Positions 25,809 to 34,139 of a stretch of 64,000 nucleotides of DNA are shown piece after piece (position 1 is the stretch's first letter; each line of letters starts with the position of its first letter). Origin of the DNA: an uncultured virus (IMG/VR IMGVR_UViG_3300025357_000001) (lineage: Duplodnaviria > Heunggongvirae > Uroviricota > Caudoviricetes); the IMG/VR virus record IMGVR_UViG_3300025357_000001; one strand, written 5' to 3'. Below the pieces are notes generated by a model. It was not told where the DNA came from, did not search any database, and saw only the letters and a program-made list of their open reading frames with translations. The position numbers and the translations under genes are program-made.

Positions 25809-26867
25809 ATGTGTTTATTAGTCACTCAGTCATCTACATCGCCAGTTTTATCTAATGATTGGCTCATGGATTTTTATTCATCAAATAGCGATGGTGTTGG
25901 TGTTATGAGCGCGATCAATGGCGATCTCATCATCCAAAAGATTTTGCCTAAATCTGCTCAAGATTTTATTGATTTTTATCATGCCAATATCAAAGGCAAA
26001 AATTGTGCTTTTCACTTACGAATGAAGACTCATGGCGATATTGATTTAGAGAATTGTCATCCCTATGAAGTATTGAATAAGGCAGATCATGGCATGGATT
26101 TATGGCTCATGCACAATGGCATTTTATCAACAGGCAATAAGGCAGATATCAGCAAGAGCGATACTTGGCACTACATTAGAGATTTTTTGAGGCCCATTTT
26201 AAGCAATAATCCTGATTATGCTTTCCATCCGTCTTTTGCTGAGATCATTGGAAAACATATCGGATCAACTAATAAATTCGTGCTAATGGATCACGATGGC
26301 AGGATCGCCACGATCAACCAATCTGCTGGGGTTTATTGGGCAGGATTATGGCTATCTAACACTTATGCTTGGAGCGCATCTAAGAGCGCGAGTGATGTGC
26401 CATGCCAAAGTGCTAAACAAGCAAAAGCACAAGCAAAAGAAAAGCCTCAAAAATATATCCCATTGGCATCGCATCCCCATGCTTACTATGATTCGCGAGT
26501 AGATGATTATTATGATGGCGAATATCGTGGAGCATCATCTTATCAATGGATTGATGGTGATGAGAATGATGGCTTTACCTATGATCAAAAATCATTTTTT
26601 GAGGATGATTTTTATTGTGCCATTGATGATCTTGAGCGCGCTCAACTCTATAAAGCATCAACACTATCATTCAGACAGGCTCAACGATTCGCCAATCAAT
26701 TCGATCAGGCATCCTTTTTTGATATTGCCTATGCTTGTGTTGATGGTGAGATTGATGAGGATCATTTTTATAGGTGCATCCATGATTTTGCTTTTGCTAG
26801 AGAGTGTTTTCCTTTTCTCAATCGCCTCTCTGATCTGTCTTATGCCAATGATGGGGAGATCGCTTAA
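25809..26867 (+). CDS. class II (Ntn) glutamine amidotransferase
   Basis: Cys2 nucleophile (MCLL), NSDGVG, HLRMKTHG, NCHPY, MHNGIL, SDT. Confidence 0.88.
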   Translation: MCLLVTQSSTSPVLSNDWLMDFYSSNSDGVGVMSAINGDLIIQKILPKSAQDFIDFYHANIKGKNCAFHLRMKTHGDIDLENCHPYEVLNKADHGMDLWLMHNGILSTGNKADISKSDTWHYIRDFLRPILSNNPDYAFHPSFAEIIGKHIGSTNKFVLMDHDGRIATINQSAGVYWAGLWLSNTYAWSASKSASDVPCQSAKQAKAQAKEKPQKYIPLASHPHAYYDSRVDDYYDGEYRGASSYQWIDGDENDGFTYDQKSFFEDDFYCAIDDLERAQLYKASTLSFRQAQRFANQFDQASFFDIAYACVDGEIDEDHFYRCIHDFAFARECFPFLNRLSDLSYANDGEIA

Positions 26868-26976
26868 TGACTGATACATCTCTAAAGTGCCCTATCTGCT
26901 CAAGGAATAAGCGATGGGGAAATAACATTATCTGCGCGAATTGTCGCTCATTTAATTAAGCATTAAAGCATCAAGC

Positions 26977-27006
26977 AAAAAAGGCGATCTCTAGGGATCG
27001 CCTTTT
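26977..27006 (+). terminator. intrinsic terminator
   Basis: AAAAAAGGCGATC-loop-GATCGCCTTTT. Confidence 0.75.
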
Positions 27007-27022
27007 CTATTTGATCGCTTTG

Positions 27023-27054
27023 AGCCTCTCTGATACCAATCAGAGAGGCTTTTT
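27023..27054 (+). terminator. second tandem intrinsic terminator
   Basis: AGCCTCTCTGAT-acca-ATCAGAGAGGCT-TTTT. Confidence 0.75.
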
Positions 27055-27183
27055 GCTTATCTGCTCTTTCACAATTAGGCTTTATTAGAGGCTCACCATT
27101 GATTTTAAATTGATGCTGATATATCAGCATATCAAAAATAATTTAATGCTCTCAGAGCCTCTAAAAAGTGCCTTAAAATTGAT

Positions 27184-27293
27184 GTGCCTATTTTTTAGGC
27201 ACTTCAAGTTAAGTGAGTAAGCACTTACTATTTTAAATTGTGAGTGAGTGCTTACTTACATCAAAATTTTGCTATGTTGCCATGCAATATAGC
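27184..27293. promoter_or_regulatory. second cluster of host-regulator-like palindromes (Fis-like, two SlmA-like, PhaR-like)
   Basis: GCCTATTTTTTAGGC 27186; GTAAGCACTTAC 27217; GTGAGTGAGTGCTTACTTAC 27240; GCTATGTTGCCATGCAATATAGC 27271. Confidence 0.6.
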
Positions 27294-27299
27294 AGGATA

Positions 27300-27393
27300 G
27301 GGGTGGGGTGTTTTAATCAATTTTTGAAACCCATCAAACTTTTGGCTCGCGAAGGGGTGGGGTGTTTCGATCCCATTTTCGAGTTGATCAAAA
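27300..27393 (+). repeat. two copies of a ~44 bp G-box repeat (third copy at 30256)
   Basis: GGGGTGGGGTGTTT..ATC..TTT.GA....TCAAA at 27300 and 27354. Confidence 0.65.
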
Positions 27394-27470
27394 TATTAGG
27401 GTAAATCCTAATATGGTAGTGTGTTTTTATTTGCGATACTGTGATTGTTGTTTACTAAAAAGGAGTTGTT

Positions 27471-27644
27471 ATGACTGATATGGAAAAACTTAAACAGGCT
27501 CAAAGCCTACTATCTGATGTCTACCATAAGTATGGTGAGTTGTGGAGTTACGATAGTGTAGTGAGTAGAAATATGTCCGTAGCTGATAGCTGTATCATTG
27601 AGGCGATGGATTCTTTAGATCAATTTGTAAAGGAGATTGTATGA
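27471..27644 (+). CDS. small early protein (57 aa)
   Basis: AAGGAG RBS, open frame MTDMEKLKQAQ... Confidence 0.55.
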   Translation: MTDMEKLKQAQSLLSDVYHKYGELWSYDSVVSRNMSVADSCIIEAMDSLDQFVKEIV

Positions 27645-27799
27645 AATACAAAATCAATTTAGCTAGAACAGAATACTATTACCAAGTGGTTGAAGTCGAT
27701 GCAGATACCGAAGAACAAGCCATTGACAAGGCATGGGATCAATCAGGTAAATGGTTGTTTGCAGATGCGGAAGAATTTACCAATGGGTGTGAAGTATGA
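27641..27799 (+). CDS. small early protein (52 aa)
   Basis: AGGAG RBS; VEVDADTEEQAIDKA motif similar to 28140..28322. Confidence 0.55.
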   Translation: MKYKINLARTEYYYQVVEVDADTEEQAIDKAWDQSGKWLFADAEEFTNGCEV

Positions 27800-27904
27800 C
27801 ACATAAGATTGAATTTAAGAACGTCAACGAGATGATTTTATGGCTTGTTGATAACAACATTGACAACATGAAGGTAGATTTAGTAATCCACTTGGAGAAA
27901 TAAT

Positions 27905-28138
27905 ATGACTGAAGTTATTAAGATTGATCGTGACACTATGATTAGCCATTTAGTTGGATCGGACATGGATCACATAGCCATGATGTCTTTTGATGATTTG
28001 ATGGAATGGCTTGAATACACTCTTACCAATGGCTTTAAAGGTTTAAAAGATCGCACCGATCAGGAATTGTTAGTGATGTATAAAAACTATGTTAGTGAAG
28101 ATGACCAAGCCGAAGTTGTTATTGAAATGGAGAGTTGA
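27905..28138 (+). CDS. small early protein
   Basis: GGAG RBS, acidic ORF in early operon. Confidence 0.6.
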   Translation: MTEVIKIDRDTMISHLVGSDMDHIAMMSFDDLMEWLEYTLTNGFKGLKDRTDQELLVMYKNYVSEDDQAEVVIEMES

Positions 28139-28139
28139 T

Positions 28140-28322
28140 ATGAAATACCAATTTGATTTGTATACCAAGTTTACAGTCCGCGTTACCATTGAGGCTGATA
28201 GCAAAGAAGATGCTGAGGAAATGGTGTGGGATATGTATAACCAAGAGCTGTTAGATCCAATGGGTGCTAACGACATCGAAACCAATACAGAATATTTAGG
28301 AGAAGTGGTATGCAACAGTTAA
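28140..28322 (+). CDS. small early protein
   Basis: start MKYQFD after GGAG RBS; VTIEADSKEDAEE motif. Confidence 0.55.
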   Translation: MKYQFDLYTKFTVRVTIEADSKEDAEEMVWDMYNQELLDPMGANDIETNTEYLGEVVCNS

Positions 28323-28546
28323 TTACGATATACGGCTTTTACAACGACACCAAAGAAAGCATTAAAAAGTTGTGCATGGTTGATAGTCGGATGAATCCAC
28401 ATCATAAGGATCATAATGCATTCATTAAAAGCCTTGAAAGCGATGATAGTGAGATTTTTTATTACTATGAACCTGATGAGCACATTTTGGGTGACAAGGG
28501 GGATTTTCATGTCTATAAATTTACGATTGAAGGAATCAAGCCATGA
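28310..28546 (+). CDS. small early protein
   Basis: AGGAG RBS, overlapping neighbours. Confidence 0.55.
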   Translation: MQQLITIYGFYNDTKESIKKLCMVDSRMNPHHKDHNAFIKSLESDDSEIFYYYEPDEHILGDKGDFHVYKFTIEGIKP

Positions 28547-28676
28547 ATGATTTTGATGGAGTTGATTTTCTAGGATTAGCCCTACTGATAGTAGTGTTAT
28601 TGTTGTGGTCAATCGGTTGCACTACCATTGGCTTTTTGATTGCTAACTTTCTTTTTTAAAAAGGTTGAATTTCACA

Positions 28677-28949
28677 ATGCGAAATGATATAATTGATGAA
28701 CTAGGTGTAATTAACAAAACAATTGCAGAACTTGAGGCAGTTGCAAGAAAGCTAAAAGCTGAGTTGATTGCTAGGGGTGTGGGTGAGTATGAGGGGTTGG
28801 CGTTCTATGCGACAGTAACCCATTATGATCGAGCCACCATTAGCCCGACACTTGTTAGGCAGTATTCCAATGAGGATTTTGTGTCATTGGTCACAGAGAT
28901 CAAACAAGTGGATTCGGTTAGTGTCAAACCCATAGAAAGGACTCTATGA
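28677..28949 (+). CDS. small early protein
   Basis: IDELG.I...IAELE...LK pattern common in phage early genes; start uncertain. Confidence 0.5.
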   Translation: MRNDIIDELGVINKTIAELEAVARKLKAELIARGVGEYEGLAFYATVTHYDRATISPTLVRQYSNEDFVSLVTEIKQVDSVSVKPIERTL

Positions 28950-29127
28950 TCAGCTTTTTTGGATGTATCCTCAGTTTCTTAGCCTTTATGGGTCTATCCC
29001 ATCAATTCAGTTTAGAGGGGTTGATGTGGTTTCTCATAGGGGTGGCGATGATAGGGCATAGGGTTGTTGGTTCGTTGTTAATTGCCGAAGGTAAAAAGGA
29101 GATCAACAACGATAAATAGGAGACGAG

Positions 29128-29703
29128 TTGAGCAATACCAACAACGACATAAAAACCGACTACATTCAAGGGTTATTCAAATACCCTCCTCTCAAAACAG
29201 AAGAAGAGCATCACCTTGCCAAGTTAATTGCGCAAGGTGATGAATCTGCACTCGAAAAATTAGTTACTCACAATCTGCCATTCGTTGTCCATTTAGTAAG
29301 TAGGATGACGGCATGGCATCATGGCAAGTTACCAATGGAAGATTTGATAGCCATTGGTAATGAGTGCCTACTTATTTCTGCAAAGCGATGGAAACCCATT
29401 GGCGATGCAGGATTCTCATCCTATGCTCGCTCCTTTATCGAAAAGGGGGTGCGTAGAGAGCTAGATAACACCTCCAATATGATCCGCTTGCCTGTCAATA
29501 TCATGCAAGCCATCCGCAAGATGAGTTACAACGAGCGCGCCTTATCACAAAGCTTAGGCCGAGAGCCGACAGTAGCCGAATTGGCCGATGCGATGGATGT
29601 GACAATCGCGCGCATCTACCAATTAAAAGGCTACATCAACCGCGAGCCGATCTCATTGGATTTGATGAATAACGAAAAACATGCAGAAGAGAAGGAAGAA
29701 TGA
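29128..29703 (+). CDS. sigma70-family sigma factor with regions 1.2, 2 and 3 but no region 4
   Basis: YPPLKTEEE..LA, KLVTHNLPFVV, EDLIAIGNECL...FSSYA, NMIRLPVN, LGREPTVAELA, PISLD then stop. Confidence 0.88.
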   Translation: MSNTNNDIKTDYIQGLFKYPPLKTEEEHHLAKLIAQGDESALEKLVTHNLPFVVHLVSRMTAWHHGKLPMEDLIAIGNECLLISAKRWKPIGDAGFSSYARSFIEKGVRRELDNTSNMIRLPVNIMQAIRKMSYNERALSQSLGREPTVAELADAMDVTIARIYQLKGYINREPISLDLMNNEKHAEEKEE

Positions 29704-30038
29704 TGGAATTTACCGCAGAACAAAAGAAAGCCTATGCCAGATACCAAAAAGCGATGGAAAACGCAGGGATCGGGCAGTATCGCCTTAAAACCAAAAAGGC
29801 ATGGATACCCCAATCGGATTATTACTGTGTGGAGGTGACGGGTTTAAACCACCCTATGTATGCAATCAATGAGCCGTATCAGGAATATAAGGAGGCATTT
29901 TCAGCATGGTTAAAAGTAGCCCCTGAGCATACCAAAACAAGGATGTCCATGATTCGTGGAGATTATGACACCCAAGACAGTTGGGAGGAGAAAAACGCTC
30001 CCATTACTAGCATTATGGCTAAATTTGAAAAGGAATGA
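29700..30038 (+). CDS. hypothetical protein
   Basis: ORF coupled to the sigma gene stop. Confidence 0.6.
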   Translation: MMEFTAEQKKAYARYQKAMENAGIGQYRLKTKKAWIPQSDYYCVEVTGLNHPMYAINEPYQEYKEAFSAWLKVAPEHTKTRMSMIRGDYDTQDSWEEKNAPITSIMAKFEKE

Positions 30039-30244
30039 TGATGGAAAACGGAAAAGCAATACCAGTAGATGTTTATGACAAAGACGGCAATTTACTTCGA
30101 ATTGACTTTAACAACGAATTAGGAGACTTTTTAATCCAAGCAGTATGGGATGAGCGAGATGAGCAAACCAGTAAAAACAGGGAGTATTTTCGCAAGTGGG
30201 CATACACGATGGTAAAAAGACTAGGATTTGAGGTACCCAGCTAA
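30035..30244 (+). CDS. hypothetical protein
   Basis: coupled ORF with AAGGA RBS. Confidence 0.6.
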   Translation: MMMENGKAIPVDVYDKDGNLLRIDFNNELGDFLIQAVWDERDEQTSKNREYFRKWAYTMVKRLGFEVPS

Positions 30245-30255
30245 AACAGGGGGTA

Positions 30256-30299
30256 GGGGTGGGGTGTTTTAATCCAATTTCGAAATCACTCAAACTTTT
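30256..30299 (+). repeat. third G-box repeat
   Basis: GGGGTGGGGTGTTTTAATCCAATTTCGAAATCACTCAAACTTTT. Confidence 0.65.
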
Positions 30300-30517
30300 T
30301 GACAGGATTGACAGGGTTGACAGGGTCTATTCCACTTTATCCCAGATAAATCTATTTCTTTTTTAAAAAAATTTAAAAAAATATAAAATATACCCTGTCT
30401 ACCCTGTCAACCCCGGATATTTTACTGTACTGTAGCTATCTGTAGCTAACTACACAGCTTCTGTAGCTATCTTTCAATATCGTGAGACGGGGTTGTGACA
30501 GGATTGACAGGGTACGA
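30300..30517. repeat. iteron-type replication origin, copy 2
   Basis: TGACAGG(A/G)T x3, AT-rich tract, inverted CCCTGTC x2, further TGACAGG repeats; directly upstream of the primase-helicase. Confidence 0.72.
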
Positions 30518-30556
30518 AATTTATTTTTAGCAATTTGCTAGCCAAACCAGAAATTT

Positions 30557-30572
30557 TGCATTATTATAGGTG
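30557..30572 (+). promoter_or_regulatory. middle-class promoter (TGCATTAnTAT, no GGGCG)
   Basis: TTTTGCATTATTATA upstream of primase; -35 position reads TGCTA. Confidence 0.65.
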
Positions 30573-30592
30573 GGAAATTAGAAAGGAAAGTA

Positions 30593-32902
30593 ATGACAAA
30601 ACCCGCCGCACTCCCAGTTCAGTTCAGTAATATTCCCGTAGAATTAAAGAAAATCCCACGTTGGGTGCTCTGGAAATTTGTAGAAGTAGGCGACGAGCAC
30701 AACAAACGCTGGTCTAAACTGCCATTTCAGCACAATGGGCAGTATGCCTCCTCCACAGACCCAAACACATGGTCTGATTTTGTGACAGTAGAGCATGCCT
30801 ACGAATCAAACCCAGACCAGTTCTCAGGCATCGGCTTCGTATTTACCACAGAGGACAATCTAGTAGGCATCGACTTAGATGACTGCTACGATGAAGAATT
30901 GGGCGGTTTCACAAATGCTGCAATGCAGCATATTGCAGATTCAGTCAACGGTTATATGGAGATCTCGCCATCAGGTACTGGGGTGAAGATTTTCACACGC
31001 ACCGAGGCTAGCACATCCCACGTAGATCACGATAAAGGTTTTGAGTTTTATCCACAGGGGCGGTATTTTACGGTGACAGGACACCGGCTCTCTGGTTCGA
31101 TTCCGGTAGATAGCCAAGATATCTCCGCGATCATCCCACAGCGCACGATCCAGCGCACTGGTGATGAGTTTGCGGACTACACACCGCCAGTTGAGGGCTA
31201 CGACATCCATCGAGTAGAGACCGAGATCCTCGCTAAGTTAGACCCCGACATGCACTACGCACAGTGGCTTAAAGTGGGCGCTATTTTGCACCACCAGTTC
31301 CAAGGTGATATTGAGGCGTGTGAGGCATGGGATCGCTGGTCACAACAAAGCGAGAAATACACATCGTCTGGTGATTACTCTTGCGAGGCCAAGTGGAAGA
31401 CATTTAAGGGATCTGGAGCCACCCTACGCTCACTCATATTTCAGATTGGTCAAAAGGAGCGCACGGATGCGCTAGCGAGAGGGGAGATTGTCCTTGATGC
31501 TGGTGCGATGAACCATGCGCGTACTTTTTTGGACTCGAAATACTCCTGCGAGGAGGGGTATGAGTTAGTGCACTACGCACAGGACTTTTACACCTATTGT
31601 GGCACTCACTACGAGATCATCGAAGAGGCCACCATTCGCTCTGAATTGTACACCCTGCTGGACAAATGCAAAAAGCCATCCAAGGGTGGGGCACTTGCGC
31701 CCTTCAACCCGAGCCCAGCTAGTGTATCCGCTGCGATGGATGCGACAAAGTCGATTGTGCACTTGCCAAACCACGCGCACACCAAACCACCGATCTGGTT
31801 AGAGTCCTATCGTGCCAACAAGCCCGATGCCTCTAAATTGATCTCACTTAAAAACGGATTGTTTCATTTAGAAGATCAGACATTGCTACCACACTCACTC
31901 GGTTTGTACACACAAAATTCGTTGCCGTTTGAGTACGACCAACAAGCACAGTGCCCTACGTGGCACCAGTTCTTAGAGTCTATTTGGGGTGATGATCAGG
32001 AGTCGATTGACTGCTTACAAGAGATGTTTGGTTACATTTTGTCAGGCGATACTCGCCAGCAGAAATTCTTCAACATCATTGGCCCACGTCGTTCCGGTAA
32101 GGGAACGATTAACAAGGTGCTAGTTGCCCTCCTAGGTCAACACAACACAGTAGCACCAGAATTAGGAGAACTCTGTGATACTTTTGGTCTGCAACCTTGG
32201 CTTGGCAAGCTCCTTGCTTCTTTTACTGATGCTCGGGCCCCTGAACGCAATCGTTCTGCTGTTGTGTCTCAGCTTCTTCGTATTGTGGGCGGTGACACTA
32301 TCACTGTTAATCGTAAGAATAAAGAGGCATGGAACGGCTATCTTCCTACACGGATAGTGATCTACTCCAACGAGGTGTTGCAGTTGACAGAGAACAGTAA
32401 TGCGCTCACTGGTCGTATGGTGGTGCTTAAAATGACACGTTCGTTCTTTGACAAGGAAGATGCAGACCTTGCGCACAAATTGGAAAAAGAGCTGTCTGGT
32501 ATTTTCAACTGGGCGATGGATGGACTCAAACGCAGGATTGCGCGCGGTGGTCACTTCTTACAACCACAGTCAGGCAAAGAGTTGCTTAAACTGATGGCTG
32601 AGTTGGGTAATCCAATCCAAAGCTTTGTGGAAGATGCGTTGATCTTTGACCCAGAAGGCACTGCACCAAAAGATGATGTGTTTGCTTGCTATCGTCACTG
32701 GGCGCTTAAAAAATCAATGAGCCCCGGAACAGAGTTGGCATTTAAACGTCGATTCTTAGCTGCGACTCAAGAATATCGCGTTGAGTCTGGTGAGGATAGA
32801 ACCAAAGGCAATCGCATCCATATCTATCGCGGCATACGCTTAAATGAAAAGGCACAAAAGCATATTGACAACAACATTTCGTTTGATGAAGAGGTATTTT
32901 GA
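30593..32902 (+). CDS. primase-helicase (AEP-like primase, PriCT-2, D5-N, SF3 helicase)
   Basis: VGIDLD, EISPSGTG, W..VG.ILH...WDRWS, Walker A GPRRSGKGT, SNE sensor. Confidence 0.9.
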   Translation: MTKPAALPVQFSNIPVELKKIPRWVLWKFVEVGDEHNKRWSKLPFQHNGQYASSTDPNTWSDFVTVEHAYESNPDQFSGIGFVFTTEDNLVGIDLDDCYDEELGGFTNAAMQHIADSVNGYMEISPSGTGVKIFTRTEASTSHVDHDKGFEFYPQGRYFTVTGHRLSGSIPVDSQDISAIIPQRTIQRTGDEFADYTPPVEGYDIHRVETEILAKLDPDMHYAQWLKVGAILHHQFQGDIEACEAWDRWSQQSEKYTSSGDYSCEAKWKTFKGSGATLRSLIFQIGQKERTDALARGEIVLDAGAMNHARTFLDSKYSCEEGYELVHYAQDFYTYCGTHYEIIEEATIRSELYTLLDKCKKPSKGGALAPFNPSPASVSAAMDATKSIVHLPNHAHTKPPIWLESYRANKPDASKLISLKNGLFHLEDQTLLPHSLGLYTQNSLPFEYDQQAQCPTWHQFLESIWGDDQESIDCLQEMFGYILSGDTRQQKFFNIIGPRRSGKGTINKVLVALLGQHNTVAPELGELCDTFGLQPWLGKLLASFTDARAPERNRSAVVSQLLRIVGGDTITVNRKNKEAWNGYLPTRIVIYSNEVLQLTENSNALTGRMVVLKMTRSFFDKEDADLAHKLEKELSGIFNWAMDGLKRRIARGGHFLQPQSGKELLKLMAELGNPIQSFVEDALIFDPEGTAPKDDVFACYRHWALKKSMSPGTELAFKRRFLAATQEYRVESGEDRTKGNRIHIYRGIRLNEKAQKHIDNNISFDEEVF

Positions 32903-33396
32903 TGTTTAATTCGGCACAAGAGTTTAGACAATGGTGGATCAAGAACGGCAGGCCCATCAAGCCGCCGTTCAAAAACGCCATCCATACAACAGACATCGCC
33001 TACGCGCTGTGTTTGTTTAGGAAATTAAACTGTCAGGTGGAGCTGTACATTTGCAAACCGAACACCGAAAGCCCAGTGCATAGACATCCGGGGGTGCAGT
33101 CCATCTCGGTGTATTTGACAGGCAATTTGTGTTTTGCTGGCGAAGATGGTATGTTTAAAGATGTGAGTGAATTCCAAACACCCACAGAGGAAGGCACACA
33201 CCGCTTACTTGGCACATCTATCGAGGCAAATGATGGCAAACCCCATGCACTAAGAGTGGGACCAGAGGGCGGCGCATTTTTAATATTTGAGCGTTGGGAT
33301 AATGGCGATCCAGTTTCTGTTACAATGAACTGGGAAGGCGAATTGGTCGGTGAAAAACACGCCATAACGAAAGGTGATTATGTGGCAAACAGTTGA
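32902..33396 (+). CDS. cupin-fold protein, paralog 1
   Basis: PVHRHPGVQSISVYLTG ... PHALRVGPEGGAFL. Confidence 0.6.
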   Translation: MFNSAQEFRQWWIKNGRPIKPPFKNAIHTTDIAYALCLFRKLNCQVELYICKPNTESPVHRHPGVQSISVYLTGNLCFAGEDGMFKDVSEFQTPTEEGTHRLLGTSIEANDGKPHALRVGPEGGAFLIFERWDNGDPVSVTMNWEGELVGEKHAITKGDYVANS

Positions 33397-33874
33397 AGAG
33401 TTTAGAGATTGGTATTGCGCTGCAGGTATGCCAATTCGTCCTCCATTTTTAAACCCTGTGTTTCATACAGATAACGCAATGTCTTTGTGTTTATTTCGCA
33501 AAGGTAAGTTTCAAGTAGAGCTGTATATTGCTGAACCAAACAGCACATCGCCTCCTCATACACATCCGGGGGTAGAGTCTGCATTCGTGTATTTGACCGG
33601 TAATATTCAGTTTAACCTTGAAGGCAGGGATAACCCAGACGTACAACAGTGGCAAAAACCTCAGCAAGACGGCACACACATGCTGTTTAAATCAAGAGTC
33701 AGTTCGCCAGATGGTATACCGCATTGGTTAGGCATTGGGCCCGAAGGTGGCGCGTTTCTATCGTTTGAGTATTGGAAAGACAAAGAGCCTGTGTCTGTGA
33801 CAGTGAACTGGGATGGTGAGTTGGTAGGCGACGAACACGCTAAGACTTTACAAAGCGCGAATGAAAAACTTTAG
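33380..33874 (+). CDS. cupin-fold protein, paralog 2
   Basis: PPHTHPGVESAFVYLTG ... PHWLGIGPEGGAFL. Confidence 0.6.
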   Translation: MWQTVEEFRDWYCAAGMPIRPPFLNPVFHTDNAMSLCLFRKGKFQVELYIAEPNSTSPPHTHPGVESAFVYLTGNIQFNLEGRDNPDVQQWQKPQQDGTHMLFKSRVSSPDGIPHWLGIGPEGGAFLSFEYWKDKEPVSVTVNWDGELVGDEHAKTLQSANEKL

Positions 33875-34139
33875 ATTCAGAAAGATAATCAAGCGCAACA
33901 ACTTCACCAAAATCTTTGGTGGTATTGGCCAGCGTCGGTTTGTTTCTGCGTATATCAAACGCGGTAGAATGGAGCGCATTTTAGAGCGCCTGTGTTTTAA
34001 CAAAACACCACGCACCAAGATGCAAAAGACTCGCCGCGCCCACCAAGGTTGGCGTAACAAAACATTTGGTAGTATGCAGGCGATCAAAATTAGATTAAAA
34101 TACGGTAGGCGCAAACCAACAGGAAACTTTAGACGATGA
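33861..34139 (+). CDS. Arg/Lys-rich hypothetical protein
   Basis: coupled ORF, very basic. Confidence 0.45.
   Translation: MKNFRFRKIIKRNNFTKIFGGIGQRRFVSAYIKRGRMERILERLCFNKTPRTKMQKTRRAHQGWRNKTFGSMQAIKIRLKYGRRKPTGNFRR

Noticed and set aside
30251..30258. KOPS motif GGGTAGGG
   Set aside because: Single occurrence in a G-rich repeat; the other G-box copies do not match
30424..30470. CTGTAGCTA repeats as a LexA box
   Set aside because: CTGT-to-ACAG spacing is 10, not 8; left unassigned within origin copy 2
23350..30517. Early block as an integrated mobile element bounded by att sites
   Set aside because: No integrase or transposase; the flanks are internally repetitive iteron arrays and the block carries the sigma factor the promoters appear to need
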